From the IMG/VR virus record IMGVR_UViG_3300028581_002462, positions 1-46,908 of that record: a DNA stretch of 46,908 bases; one strand, 5' to 3'. This document shows, piece by piece, positions 1-9,868 of this stretch (position 1 is the first letter of the stretch; each line of letters opens with the position of its first letter). This stretch comes from a virus (lineage: Duplodnaviria; Caudoviricetes). The notes under the pieces were generated by a model, which saw only the letters and a program-made list of their open reading frames with translations, was not told the origin of the DNA and did not search any database. Both the position numbers and the translations under genes were made by a program.

Positions 1-137
1 TGTAACACTTGATTCTGAAATAGTTGAAGAAGCAAAAAAGTATTATACTGATTTTGGTGGAAAGCTTTCTCCATTGTTAAACAAACTATTAAAAAACTGG
101 AATGTTATCCAAAGAAGTAATGCTAAAGAACTTCCTA
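1..137. repeat. Terminal direct repeat, left copy (circular contig overlap)
   Basis: 1-137 matches 46773-46908 except for one A (tgctaaagaac vs tgctaagaac). Confidence 0.97.
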
Positions 138-205
138 AGAAACAAAAGAAGAACATTGATAAAGACTTAGACATTGATTTAGATTTAACAGGAGATATAG
201 AATGA
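1..205 (+). CDS. 3' part of a ribbon-helix-helix-like regulator spanning the circular junction (starts 46753)
   Basis: Joined ORF MVNENYSVTLDSEIVEEAKKYYTDFGGKLSPLLNKLLKNW...GDIE*; beta-strand YSVTLD followed by two helices. Confidence 0.7.
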   Translation, partial: VTLDSEIVEEAKKYYTDFGGKLSPLLNKLLKNWNVIQRSNAKELPKKQKKNIDKDLDIDLDLTGDIE

Positions 206-663
206 AAGCTTACCAAATATGGGGACTAGACTTAATATTTTGTATATTATCAACTCTTTTCTTTTTTGATATAAATGAATTTTATTCAGGAATATGTTTA
301 GGTATGGCAATATTTTGTTTATTAATTTTTATTGCAACATTATTTTTTAATGGAGAGCAAGATGAATAAAAAAATATATATTAATTTTATGAGAAAGAAA
401 GGATATGTTGTTACAAGAGATATAAAGAAAGCATGTGTAGATATTTTTGATAAAGATGAATCTGGTCAAGCTTATTATATCAGATTCAGGAGATTAGGCA
501 AATGAGTGTAAATGATTTTGCTCCAGCATTAGCTTTGATTGTTAGTGGAGCTGTTGAAGCATACTTTCAATTAAAATTAGGAATAGCATGTATGGGCATA
601 ATACTTATGTTATCTTTTATATTAGCAATGCAAGTAAATAGGGAGAATAAAGATGGTTACTGA
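202..663 (+). CDS. Three small overlapping ORFs (202-369 membrane, 362-505, 502-663 membrane)
   Basis: Manual translation; start/stop overlaps; two are hydrophobic. Below the ORF-track size cut-off. Confidence 0.55.
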
Positions 664-880
664 TTCTAAGTTCTGCGAAGAAGTTCATATGGAAATACAT
701 GCAGTTAGAAGAATAGCTAACTATAAACCAAATCCAATGGAAGTTAATATATCTAAAATGGTTATAGATCATTTTCCAGATTGTGAAGAATGTAAAGAAG
801 CTGGATTAAAACAGAAGTATGCTCCCCAAGCTAAATCAAACGATGGATTTATAACTAAACTATTCGGAGGTAAATCATGA
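653..880 (+). CDS. Small Cys/His protein, possible Zn-binding
   Basis: C-x3-H ... H-x3-CxxC pattern. Confidence 0.6.
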   Translation: MVTDSKFCEEVHMEIHAVRRIANYKPNPMEVNISKMVIDHFPDCEECKEAGLKQKYAPQAKSNDGFITKLFGGKS

Positions 881-986
881 TAATTGATGTAGGTTCAATG
901 TTAATCGCAGGAGCTTTACTAATTGTTGCAATTGCAATAGGTTGGTTAGCTGTAGAAAATGGAAAAAATAGAAGGAATAATAACTA

Positions 987-1697
987 ATGGCTGACGAGAT
1001 AACAAATATTAATAATCAAATAGTAAGTAGTATTACTAATCAGAATTGGGGTAATATAATAGGTTGGATAGTATTTGTTTTAGTATTGGCTGGTGCAGGA
1101 ATATTAGGTTATCTTTGGTGGAACAATAAAAGAATATTTAATAAAAAAGCTACAGTACTAGAAGTAGTTGGAATTAATTACGTTCCAACATTTACTGATA
1201 TGATGAAAATAGTTAAGATTGGAACAGGAGGATTTGAAATACTTTATTTTAAGAAATTAAAATGTTATAGAATAGGTTATGGTGGAAGAGTAGGTAAAAG
1301 AGATTATTATTTCTTTATTGGTAAGGATGGCTATTGGTACAATGGTATGTTATCTGCTGATATAAATTCAATAGATAAAAACGGTGGACTAATTCCAATT
1401 GTAACAACAAATCCAAACATGAGAGGACAATATACTTCTTTAGAAAAACAAATTGATACATTACATTCAGAGAAGAAAACATTTATGGAAAAATATGGTA
1501 TGTGGGTATTAGCATCAGGATTTATTTTAATCATTGGAGTATTTGCTTGGTTAATATTTAGAGAGATGTCCCCATTAATGAACTCTGTTGCAGGTGTAAC
1601 TGATAAACAATTATTAATTACAGATAAATTAGATATGTTAATATCTCGTTTAGCTCCAGCAATAAATTCAACATCAAATGGATTGATACCAGTATAA
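987..1697 (+). CDS. Membrane protein with two TM segments, probable morphogenesis module
   Basis: N- and C-terminal hydrophobic helices flank a soluble domain. Confidence 0.75.
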   Translation: MADEITNINNQIVSSITNQNWGNIIGWIVFVLVLAGAGILGYLWWNNKRIFNKKATVLEVVGINYVPTFTDMMKIVKIGTGGFEILYFKKLKCYRIGYGGRVGKRDYYFFIGKDGYWYNGMLSADINSIDKNGGLIPIVTTNPNMRGQYTSLEKQIDTLHSEKKTFMEKYGMWVLASGFILIIGVFAWLIFREMSPLMNSVAGVTDKQLLITDKLDMLISRLAPAINSTSNGLIPV

Positions 1698-1699
1698 AA

Positions 1700-2188
1700 A
1701 TGGAAATAATATATATAGTTTTAATAGTAGTAGTAATTTTAATTATTGTAATTCCAATATTACTTAAAAAATATATTAATAAAAAGAAAGCACAAAGACA
1801 ATCATTATCTGGAGTTCCAGAAGAAATAATTGAACAATTTAATTTAGCTGAAAAAATGTTAGCTGATGGTAAAGGAGAAAAAACACCATATGAAATAATG
1901 TGGGAAATATCACGTAAACATAATGATAAAAATTTTATGAAAGGAGGTAAAGATGGTGGAGAAAACACAACAGAAAGAAGAAGAGAAACAACCAACACAA
2001 GAAGAAATAATTCAAGCACTGTACCAGAACAATCAACAACTGAGACAGGAGAATTACCTGGAGTCATTGAAAGAAGACAAGATATTCAGGATGGAACTGC
2101 TATCAGCGATGACAGCTCAGACAGCAGCGATAAACTTGGTGAATCAAACATTAAAGGAAATTTCTTCTCCAGATTTAAAAGAAAATAA
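1700..2188 (+). CDS. N-terminally anchored membrane protein
   Basis: N-terminal TM followed by a basic patch; low-complexity C-terminus overlaps the next ORF. Confidence 0.7.
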   Translation: MEIIYIVLIVVVILIIVIPILLKKYINKKKAQRQSLSGVPEEIIEQFNLAEKMLADGKGEKTPYEIMWEISRKHNDKNFMKGGKDGGENTTERRRETTNTRRNNSSTVPEQSTTETGELPGVIERRQDIQDGTAISDDSSDSSDKLGESNIKGNFFSRFKRK

Positions 2189-2195
2189 AAAATGA
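1953..2195 (+). CDS. Coiled-coil protein overlapping the previous ORF in another frame
   Basis: SD GGAGGT just upstream of the ATG; its stop overlaps the next ATG (ATGA at 2192-2195). Confidence 0.7.
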   Translation: MVEKTQQKEEEKQPTQEEIIQALYQNNQQLRQENYLESLKEDKIFRMELLSAMTAQTAAINLVNQTLKEISSPDLKENKK

Positions 2196-2317
2196 GTGAA
2201 AAATTATTAACTACAAATATTAAAAGAGTAGCAGGTAATCTTTATTTTGTTAAATCTAATGAAGAAGGCTTCTTAGAAATATTTACTGCAAAAGCAGGAA
2301 GACCTAGCAAGAAGTAA
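2192..2317 (+). CDS. 41-aa basic protein
   Basis: MSEKLLTTNIKRVAGNLYFVK...AKAGRPSKK*; coupled to neighbours at both ends. Confidence 0.6.
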   Translation: MSEKLLTTNIKRVAGNLYFVKSNEEGFLEIFTAKAGRPSKK

Positions 2318-2563
2318 ATGAATAAGAAAGATATTTTATTCTATTTTTTAATTTTTATTGTAGTATCTTTATCAGTTTATCTTATATGGTTTATTAATAC
2401 TGAAAGTTATCAATGTATAAATAAACCTTTAGACTATGCAGCTTCAAAAATAATTTATATTAATCCAATAACAAAAGTTCAAGAGAACTTTACTTGTTCT
2501 TGTCAACCTAAAGCAACAGAATTGTTACTTGACAATAGTAACATATTAAAATTGGTTAAGTAG
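2318..2563 (+). CDS. Small membrane protein with exported Cys motif
   Basis: One TM, then C...P..Y...CSC. Confidence 0.7.
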   Translation: MNKKDILFYFLIFIVVSLSVYLIWFINTESYQCINKPLDYAASKIIYINPITKVQENFTCSCQPKATELLLDNSNILKLVK

Positions 2564-2579
2564 CAAAAATATTTAAACT
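2563..2579 (+). promoter_or_regulatory. Archaeal BRE/TATA promoter
   Basis: gcaaaaatATTTAAAct about 20 nt before ATG 2599. Confidence 0.55.
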
Positions 2580-2598
2580 ACGTGTTAGTAGTATATTT

Positions 2599-5500
2599 AT
2601 GCCAACTAATCCATTTGCAGGACTGAATAGACCTCTAGTTCCTACTACACCTCCAAATGTTGTTCAAAATCCTTCTTCTCCAACAGGCTATACTAATAAT
2701 GCAGGTCAACCAATTTCTTATGCACCTCCAAGTCAAAGAGGAGGAGGCGGAGGACATTCAGGAGGTGGAGGTTCAAGTGGAGGAAGTTCAACTCCTACAA
2801 CCACAACGGTTACAACACCTACTTCAACAACAGATCCTTTAGCTGGTTACACTCCTGTTTATTCTGGAGGACAATTATTAGGCTTTAGACAAACTTCTGG
2901 AGGAGGTTTTATTCCAAGAGAAACTGCAATGGTTAATGGAAGTTATCAACCAGGATTAGCTAAACCAATTACTTCAAGTTATAATGGTGGGCCTTCAAAT
3001 GTAGTAGGTTACACTGCTGCAAGTGGAGTAGGAGGAGTTAATATTTCTGAAGCAGGAGGAAAGACTTTTTATAATGTTACTGGTGGTGGGGGACAAAGTA
3101 AAGGAAGTTATGCATTTGAAAATTCTGGAGGATATACTGATAAAGAAGGAAGACCTATTTCTTATGTTCCTATTGAAGAAAGAGGAAAAATAATAACTCC
3201 AAAATATACAGATAATTTAGGTCAAGGAATGAGTTATGTGCCAAGAGAAGAAAGAATGAAATATGAACCATATATTGTTAGAGTAACTGAAGGAGACGCT
3301 TCATCTGGAAAATATGTATTAATTAATCCACAAATTAAATATACTGATATTTTAGATCAAGGTGTAAGTTATGTTCCAATAGAAAAAAGAGATAATAATC
3401 AAAAATCAATAAATATTAATAATAAATATAAAATAAATATAAGTAATGTTGAAAGATTAGCTACATTTGAAGAAGTAGAAAAATATGGTGAGCAGAATAT
3501 ACAAGAATATGTAATACCTAGAAGAGGATATGAAATTACTCCAGAAAATGCTTTAATATCTTATAAAACTGGAGAATTACCAAAATATACGCCTACTACT
3601 GATTTTGAACTTAGAACTGTTTTATTTGGAACTGGCGGAGATCAGATGAAAAGAGAATCTGTTAATTTTCTATATGGAAAAGAAGGAAGCGTTAAAGATA
3701 CTAGGATAGGTAAGATATTTTCTAATATTCAAGAATACACTAAATTTAATCAACTAAAAGATTTTGCATATAAGACATCTAGTGAAGCTTATTCAAAATT
3801 ACCTTCTGTAGTAAAAAATCCTATTGAAATATCAACTAGGTCAATCACTACAGCAGCAGGTATATTACTTATTGATTATCCTATATATGCTCAAGGTTAT
3901 TCTACCACTAAATTTCTAGGAGAAATAGCTATATCTAGAGGTGGAGTTTTAAAAGATTTAGCTGTTCAAACATATACTGGAGTAGTTAATCCTGAAACTA
4001 GATATGAAACAATTTTAACAACAGCATTATTATTAGGACACGGTAAAGCTAAAGATTTAAAAGTAGATATAAAATTACCTAAATTAGGTTCAACTTCTTA
4101 TGAAATAGCAGGAGCAAAGTCTATGAGTTTTGGTTATGATGTAAAAGGAAAAATAATAAAAACAGAAGCAGAACCTGGAAGTTTTAAAGTTTATTTTGAG
4201 AAAAAACCTAAACCAGATTATGTAAATACTCAAGCAAATTTGGATAGACAAGCTTATTTAAAGAGAATATTTGGAACAGAAGATATTAAAATAAGAGACG
4301 TTCTTAGAGATGTATTTTTACAAGAAGAAAAAGTTACATTAACTCCACAATTAACAGAACAGGCAAGATCAGGATTACAAGCACAACAATTATTGGAAGG
4401 AGTATCTCCAAGTCCAAATCTTCCTGCACCAGATATAAGTTCTGTAAAATTTAAAGAATTAACTCCTGAAGATGTATCAACTGTATTACAAAATAAAAAT
4501 AAAAAGAATGTTGAATTAATAACAGGTTCAGTTGGTGCTTTGTCAAGAGCAGAAGTTGCAGGAGCATTTTCTTTATTATTAAAAGAGGGAAAAATTACTC
4601 CAGCACAATTTGAAGAATTTTCAAAAGCTGGAGATATAGATATAATTATAAAGAAATATAAGCCTGAATTAAAAACTATTAAGTTTAAAAAAGAACAGAG
4701 TCCACTAGAATCAAGAGCAAAATTACAATTAGCTGGATATGAACAAATAGAAAAAAAAGGTTTAGATGTAAAAGCAATTAAAGAGATAGAAACAAAAGTA
4801 GAACAGTCTGGAGTAAATATTGAATTTGATGTAATAAAAGAATTAGAAGCATATGGATTAGAACCAAGACAAAGAATGTTATTAGAAGAAGCAAAAGGTG
4901 CAGTAATTAAAGGTACAGCAAGAGATATATTATCAGATATACTTTATTATAAAGCAGGAATATTAACAAAAGAACAATTTGAAAAGAGAATGAAAATAGG
5001 AACAGAAACACCAAAAACATTAATAGGTAAAGATATAGATTTTGAAGTATTACCTAAAGCTTTAGGAAAAGAAGGAGAACAATTTGTAGAAAGATTAAAA
5101 ATAAGATTTGAAACAAAAGAAGGTAAATATGCAGTACTTGCAATGGATATTAAAACAATAAAAAAAGGAAGACCAAAAGCTGAAACTGGACAATTAGGCT
5201 CATTTAAAACTTCTTATATTGATGCAGAAGGAAAATTAGTTGAAGAATATTATACTAAAGGAGAAGCAGTAAGATTTAGATTACAAGAAGCAATATTAAA
5301 AGAATCATTAGTACCAGAAGATATTAAACTAAGAGATGTTTGGAAAGATGTATTAACAGGAACAGAAACACCAGAAAAGTTAGTTAAAGGAGATCTTGCT
5401 TATTCAGAATTAAAAGAAAGTCAAAAAGTTTCAATGAGACCAGCTAATTTTGAGCTTACTAGAGTATATGAAGTTGCAAAACAATTAACTGAAGATCCAT

Positions 5501-7449
5501 TTGGAGATATTTCAAGAGGATCTACAGTAGAATATCTAGCTAAGAAAGCTAAGCCTGGTTCTCCAGTTGTAATTTCAGATAAAGCTCAAAATAAAATATT
5601 AACATTACAAAAAGAATCATTAAGAACATTAGATCAGGCAGAAAGTACATTACTTAATGTAGATATAGAAAAAGTTGAAAAGAAAGCAGGTAAATTTCAA
5701 GAAGCAATAGATTTAGGAGTAATAAAAACAAATAAAAAGTTTTTAGTTAAAGAAAAAGGAGCATTGGCATTTGGTGCTGAAAAATCATTACAATTACAAA
5801 AGAAAAGTATAGAATCATTTGCTATAAATGATAAAGGATTAATATCTTTATATAAAAAAGTTGGTGAAGAAAATGTAGAAGTAGCTCATGTATTTGATGT
5901 TGGACAAATGCCATTGTTATTTAAACCTAAAGAACTTAAAACTAAAGAAGGATTAACAACATTAGATAGATTTAATCAAGATATTAATAATGTTTTAGCT
6001 ACAGTTATTAGAGGATTTAGAGAAGATATACCTATGGCTGAAAATAAAGACTTAGCTAGAAATATTGCAATTACTAGAAGTAAAATAGATATTGGAGAAA
6101 AATTAAAATCAGAAGGAAAATTAAATTATAAACAAAAAATTGCTTTAGAGATAGTAAAAGAAAAATTATTAGAATTTGAAGGAAGAAAAGAAATATCTCA
6201 GCCTCAAGAACAGATGAGAAGTAGAATTGCTAAACTATTAAGGATTAATAGAGTTTATAGAACTGGCAAAGAAGTATCTATAAATATTGATAAATCTTTA
6301 AGTTTAAAAGATAATTTAAAACCAACTAATTTATTTTCAAGGACAGATTTTATAGAAATAAAAGATAAAGCTCCAATAAAATATGAATCTCCTTCAATAG
6401 CAGAAGGTATGTTTGAACAAGCTATTCCAGAACTTAAAGAAGGTATTACTTCTCAACAATTAAAATCACAATTTTTAGGTTATGTAGCTAAAAGAACAAC
6501 AGGAGCTTCAAAAGCATTTAGAGAAGCAAGTAATTTAGACATACCAAATAAAGTTTATTCATCAGCAGAAGCATCAAAATTATTTAGAGAATTATATCAA
6601 AAAGTTAAACCTCAAGTTTCAAAAGAATCAGGAACTATTTTATCTTCAATAGAAAAGAATTATGCTAGAGATTATGCAAAAGCAATTGCACAATCAGAAA
6701 ATGCAAAACAACTAGGATATGCAGTTAAAAAGAGTATTATGCAAAAATCATATAATAAAGTTGATAATTATCTATCTGATAATTATGTTGATTATAATTA
6801 CTCAAATAAATATGGAGATTATACAGGCTATAAATATCCTAATTATAAATATGCTTCTTATAAATATGGAGAATACAAATATACAAAGTATCCTAAATAC
6901 TCATCATATACAAAGTATCCATCTTATACAAAATACCCTGACTATACTAAGTATCCAGATTATACAGAATATCCCTCATACACAAAGTATCCATCTTATA
7001 CAAAATATCCAAATTATACAAAATATCCAGAATATAAACCTCCAATTGAATATCCTAAAAGAAAATTTAAAGAAGATGAAAAAAAGAAAAAGTCCTTCCT
7101 TAAACAGCAAAAAACATACAACGTTCTTCTAAGAAGACGTGGAAAGTTTGCACCAGTCTATCAAGGATTAACTCGTGGTGAAGCGTTACTACGTGGCAGT
7201 GACATAACTTTAAAGTCGCTGTCTCGTACGTTCAAAATACAAGAAACAGGAAAAACAAAAGAAACATTTGGACAAGATATTGATTTCATGCCAAGGGAAA
7301 CTCAATTCCGTCAATATCAAGTTAGAAAAGGAAAGAAAGTTCAATTACAAAATACATTTATTCAATTGAACAAAGCAAATCTTCAATCATCAGAAGAAAA
7401 GTATCAGATAAAGGAGGCAAAAAGATTGAAGAAACTAATTGGTTTTTAG
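2599..7449 (+). CDS. 1616-aa multidomain protein, likely virion-internal
   Basis: P/G/T-rich N-terminus; repeated YTDxxGxxxSYVP motif; central hydrophobic stretch; ITGS...GDIDI motif; YTKYPx repeats; basic C-terminus. Confidence 0.85.
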   Translation: MPTNPFAGLNRPLVPTTPPNVVQNPSSPTGYTNNAGQPISYAPPSQRGGGGGHSGGGGSSGGSSTPTTTTVTTPTSTTDPLAGYTPVYSGGQLLGFRQTSGGGFIPRETAMVNGSYQPGLAKPITSSYNGGPSNVVGYTAASGVGGVNISEAGGKTFYNVTGGGGQSKGSYAFENSGGYTDKEGRPISYVPIEERGKIITPKYTDNLGQGMSYVPREERMKYEPYIVRVTEGDASSGKYVLINPQIKYTDILDQGVSYVPIEKRDNNQKSININNKYKINISNVERLATFEEVEKYGEQNIQEYVIPRRGYEITPENALISYKTGELPKYTPTTDFELRTVLFGTGGDQMKRESVNFLYGKEGSVKDTRIGKIFSNIQEYTKFNQLKDFAYKTSSEAYSKLPSVVKNPIEISTRSITTAAGILLIDYPIYAQGYSTTKFLGEIAISRGGVLKDLAVQTYTGVVNPETRYETILTTALLLGHGKAKDLKVDIKLPKLGSTSYEIAGAKSMSFGYDVKGKIIKTEAEPGSFKVYFEKKPKPDYVNTQANLDRQAYLKRIFGTEDIKIRDVLRDVFLQEEKVTLTPQLTEQARSGLQAQQLLEGVSPSPNLPAPDISSVKFKELTPEDVSTVLQNKNKKNVELITGSVGALSRAEVAGAFSLLLKEGKITPAQFEEFSKAGDIDIIIKKYKPELKTIKFKKEQSPLESRAKLQLAGYEQIEKKGLDVKAIKEIETKVEQSGVNIEFDVIKELEAYGLEPRQRMLLEEAKGAVIKGTARDILSDILYYKAGILTKEQFEKRMKIGTETPKTLIGKDIDFEVLPKALGKEGEQFVERLKIRFETKEGKYAVLAMDIKTIKKGRPKAETGQLGSFKTSYIDAEGKLVEEYYTKGEAVRFRLQEAILKESLVPEDIKLRDVWKDVLTGTETPEKLVKGDLAYSELKESQKVSMRPANFELTRVYEVAKQLTEDPFGDISRGSTVEYLAKKAKPGSPVVISDKAQNKILTLQKESLRTLDQAESTLLNVDIEKVEKKAGKFQEAIDLGVIKTNKKFLVKEKGALAFGAEKSLQLQKKSIESFAINDKGLISLYKKVGEENVEVAHVFDVGQMPLLFKPKELKTKEGLTTLDRFNQDINNVLATVIRGFREDIPMAENKDLARNIAITRSKIDIGEKLKSEGKLNYKQKIALEIVKEKLLEFEGRKEISQPQEQMRSRIAKLLRINRVYRTGKEVSINIDKSLSLKDNLKPTNLFSRTDFIEIKDKAPIKYESPSIAEGMFEQAIPELKEGITSQQLKSQFLGYVAKRTTGASKAFREASNLDIPNKVYSSAEASKLFRELYQKVKPQVSKESGTILSSIEKNYARDYAKAIAQSENAKQLGYAVKKSIMQKSYNKVDNYLSDNYVDYNYSNKYGDYTGYKYPNYKYASYKYGEYKYTKYPKYSSYTKYPSYTKYPDYTKYPDYTEYPSYTKYPSYTKYPNYTKYPEYKPPIEYPKRKFKEDEKKKKSFLKQQKTYNVLLRRRGKFAPVYQGLTRGEALLRGSDITLKSLSRTFKIQETGKTKETFGQDIDFMPRETQFRQYQVRKGKKVQLQNTFIQLNKANLQSSEEKYQIKEAKRLKKLIGF
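6880..7032 (+). repeat. Degenerate 18-bp coding tandem repeat (YTKYP[S/D/N])
   Basis: About 8 hexapeptide units, e.g. tatacaaagtatccatct. Confidence 0.9.
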
Positions 7450-7463
7450 TTACCACTAATTAG

Positions 7464-7482
7464 AAACGAAAAGATTTATAAA
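7464..7482 (+). promoter_or_regulatory. Archaeal BRE/TATA promoter
   Basis: aaacGAAAagaTTTATAAA ends about 21 nt before ATG 7504. Confidence 0.7.
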
Positions 7483-7503
7483 CTTCATATTACTATATAA
7501 AAC

Positions 7504-8181
7504 ATGTCTAATACTCAACCACAAGGGCCATTGACAAGAGAGGGAAAATTTCTATCAAAAAAAACTATAATAGAAAGAATTAACCCATTTAAAAAAAAGT
7601 ATGGTTCTAATATTTCTGACGATAGATTAAAAGTTTTAGAAGCTGCTAGAGAACGTTCAAGAGAAATTGAATTTAAAAAGACACAAGAAAAAGAAGCATA
7701 TCTTGCTAAGATGGAAAGATATAAACAATCAAGAAGTGGTAAATTAGGTAAGTCAATTAGTGGTGGATTAAGAAATATACAAACATTTGGAACGGCAAGA
7801 GGAGCAAGAAATTATTATCAATCAAGAGGATATTTACCTCCTTCAAGTATGTCTCAAGCATCAAAAGGATCTAATTCTTCTTCAAAAGGATATGGTAAGA
7901 GAGGAAGGCCTGTTGGTACTAAAGATCCTAGATATGCGGCTTATGGAGGAGTTTATGGATGGAGGAAGGCACAAGCATTAGCAAATAGACAAGCAAGATT
8001 ACAAATGATGAGACAATCTACTGTTTCACCTCAGCAAGAAGCTTATTTAAGGCAACTTGAAGCAAGAAATCAAGCTGTTAGACAAGATCCAGAAAGACGT
8101 GTTTTTCCTGATACTAATGGAGGAGTAAATTTAAGAGGTATTCAATCAGAAATTGATAATGCCGCTCATATTTTTGATTGA
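7504..8181 (+). CDS. Basic protein with AT-hook-like motif
   Basis: K/R-rich; GKRGRPVG motif. Confidence 0.75.
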   Translation: MSNTQPQGPLTREGKFLSKKTIIERINPFKKKYGSNISDDRLKVLEAARERSREIEFKKTQEKEAYLAKMERYKQSRSGKLGKSISGGLRNIQTFGTARGARNYYQSRGYLPPSSMSQASKGSNSSSKGYGKRGRPVGTKDPRYAAYGGVYGWRKAQALANRQARLQMMRQSTVSPQQEAYLRQLEARNQAVRQDPERRVFPDTNGGVNLRGIQSEIDNAAHIFD

Positions 8182-8328
8182 GATGATTACAGTTTTAGAT
8201 AAAAAGTTAGGTAGAGTAGGAAAAGATGGTTTAAAATATTCAATAAGAGGAGAAAAACAATCTGGATTACCTAAGAAATTTAAAGTACTACCAATAAAAT
8301 TAAATATTAGATTTAAAAAAATGAAGTA

Positions 8329-8991
8329 ATGGGAACTGGTAAAGATTTACAAGATCAGGAAGATGCATTAATGCAGAGATATGAAGAAGAGCAAATGCAA
8401 CAAATGCAAATGCAACAAGCACAAAATGTTAGTCCTTATGCTTCTACAATGTTTCAAGGACAAAATAAACAAAATTTAGTTGAATGGCAGTTAGATTTTA
8501 AAAATGAATTAGATGATATTGAAAGACTTCTTAGATGTGATATAATGGTTAATGATACAAATGGAAATCAAATATGGATAAGGAATCCTAATCCTGAAAG
8601 AATTATATTTAATGATATTGGAGTAAATGATATTTTAAGAGAGATTAGAATGTTTCTTAATAAAAATAAAGTTTTATCTAATTATGGTGTTGAAGAAATA
8701 AAACCTAGAATTAAAATGATTGGACATGAAATTAGAATTTTAATTTATAATAATTATGAACATTATGGAATGGATAACGAATATAAACAGAATAATTATT
8801 CTATGATTGTATTAACTATTTTATCTATGATTGAAGATAGTTATAGAAGAGCTATTAATGGATTGGAACGAAAAGATTTAAATTCTTTTCGCACGGTAGT
8901 TCAGCAAGAACCTTTAGCTCAACCAATGCCATACGGTACAGGAATATCATCTCAAGGAAAAAAATCTATTTTAAAACCGTGGACTTGGTAA
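8329..8991 (+). CDS. Hypothetical protein in the late operon
   Basis: 220-aa ORF with Q/M-rich N-terminus; ends immediately before the next gene. Confidence 0.75.
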   Translation: MGTGKDLQDQEDALMQRYEEEQMQQMQMQQAQNVSPYASTMFQGQNKQNLVEWQLDFKNELDDIERLLRCDIMVNDTNGNQIWIRNPNPERIIFNDIGVNDILREIRMFLNKNKVLSNYGVEEIKPRIKMIGHEIRILIYNNYEHYGMDNEYKQNNYSMIVLTILSMIEDSYRRAINGLERKDLNSFRTVVQQEPLAQPMPYGTGISSQGKKSILKPWTW

Positions 8992-8992
8992 A

Positions 8993-9868
8993 ATGGTATG
9001 GAATAAAGGATTAAAAATTTCTGAAGAAACTAGAATAAAAATAAGTAATGCAGGTAAAGGAAGAAAATGTTCTCAAGAAACTAAAAATAGAATGGCTATA
9101 TCAAAGATGGGAGATAAAAATCCTATGAAAATATTAGAAGTAAGACTTAAAAGTAGTTTATCTAAAAAAGGATTTAAACATACAGAAGAGCATAAAGAAA
9201 AAATAAGAAATATTGCAGCTAATAACCCAAATTATGGTATGAAAGGAAAACATCAATCTAAAGAATCAAGAATAAAAATAGGTTTAGCTAGTATTGGTAG
9301 ACACGTATCAGAAGAAACAAGAAAAAAATTAAGTGAAGTAAATAAAGGAAGAATATTTTCAGAAGAACATAAATCTAATCTTCGTAAATCAAAACAACAC
9401 ATATCTGAAGAAACAAAAATAAGGATGAGAGAAAATCATCCTAGAGCAATGCTAGGTAGACATCATACAGAAGAAGCTAGGAGAAAAATAGGATTAGCAG
9501 CACGTAATATATCTCAAGACACAAGAGATAAAATGAGTATCTCTCATAGCGGAGATAAGACAAATTTTTGGAATGGGGGAATATCATTTGAACCTTATTC
9601 AATAGAATTTAATGAAAGATTTAAAGAAGCAATAAGAATTAGAGATAATTGTTGTATGATTTGTAATAGTAATGAAAAAAAAGGTAGAAAATTAAATGTT
9701 CATCATATTGATTATAATAAATTAAATTCTACTAAAGAAAATTGTATTGCTTTATGTGATTCTTGTCACGCAAAGACTAATAATAATAGAGAGCAATGGA
9801 TAACTTTTTTCCAGTCATTATTAAGTAAAAAATATAAATATATTTATGTAGAGGTAATTAAAATATGA
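8993..9868 (+). CDS. NUMOD3-repeat HNH homing endonuclease
   Basis: Multiple (H/V)SEETRxK repeats; C-terminal CxxC...VHHIDY...N...LCxxCH. Confidence 0.9.
   Translation: MVWNKGLKISEETRIKISNAGKGRKCSQETKNRMAISKMGDKNPMKILEVRLKSSLSKKGFKHTEEHKEKIRNIAANNPNYGMKGKHQSKESRIKIGLASIGRHVSEETRKKLSEVNKGRIFSEEHKSNLRKSKQHISEETKIRMRENHPRAMLGRHHTEEARRKIGLAARNISQDTRDKMSISHSGDKTNFWNGGISFEPYSIEFNERFKEAIRIRDNCCMICNSNEKKGRKLNVHHIDYNKLNSTKENCIALCDSCHAKTNNNREQWITFFQSLLSKKYKYIYVEVIKI

Noticed and set aside
1784-1800. KKKAQ as a class III cleavage site
   Set aside because: It follows the TM rather than preceding it, consistent with a positive-inside anchor.
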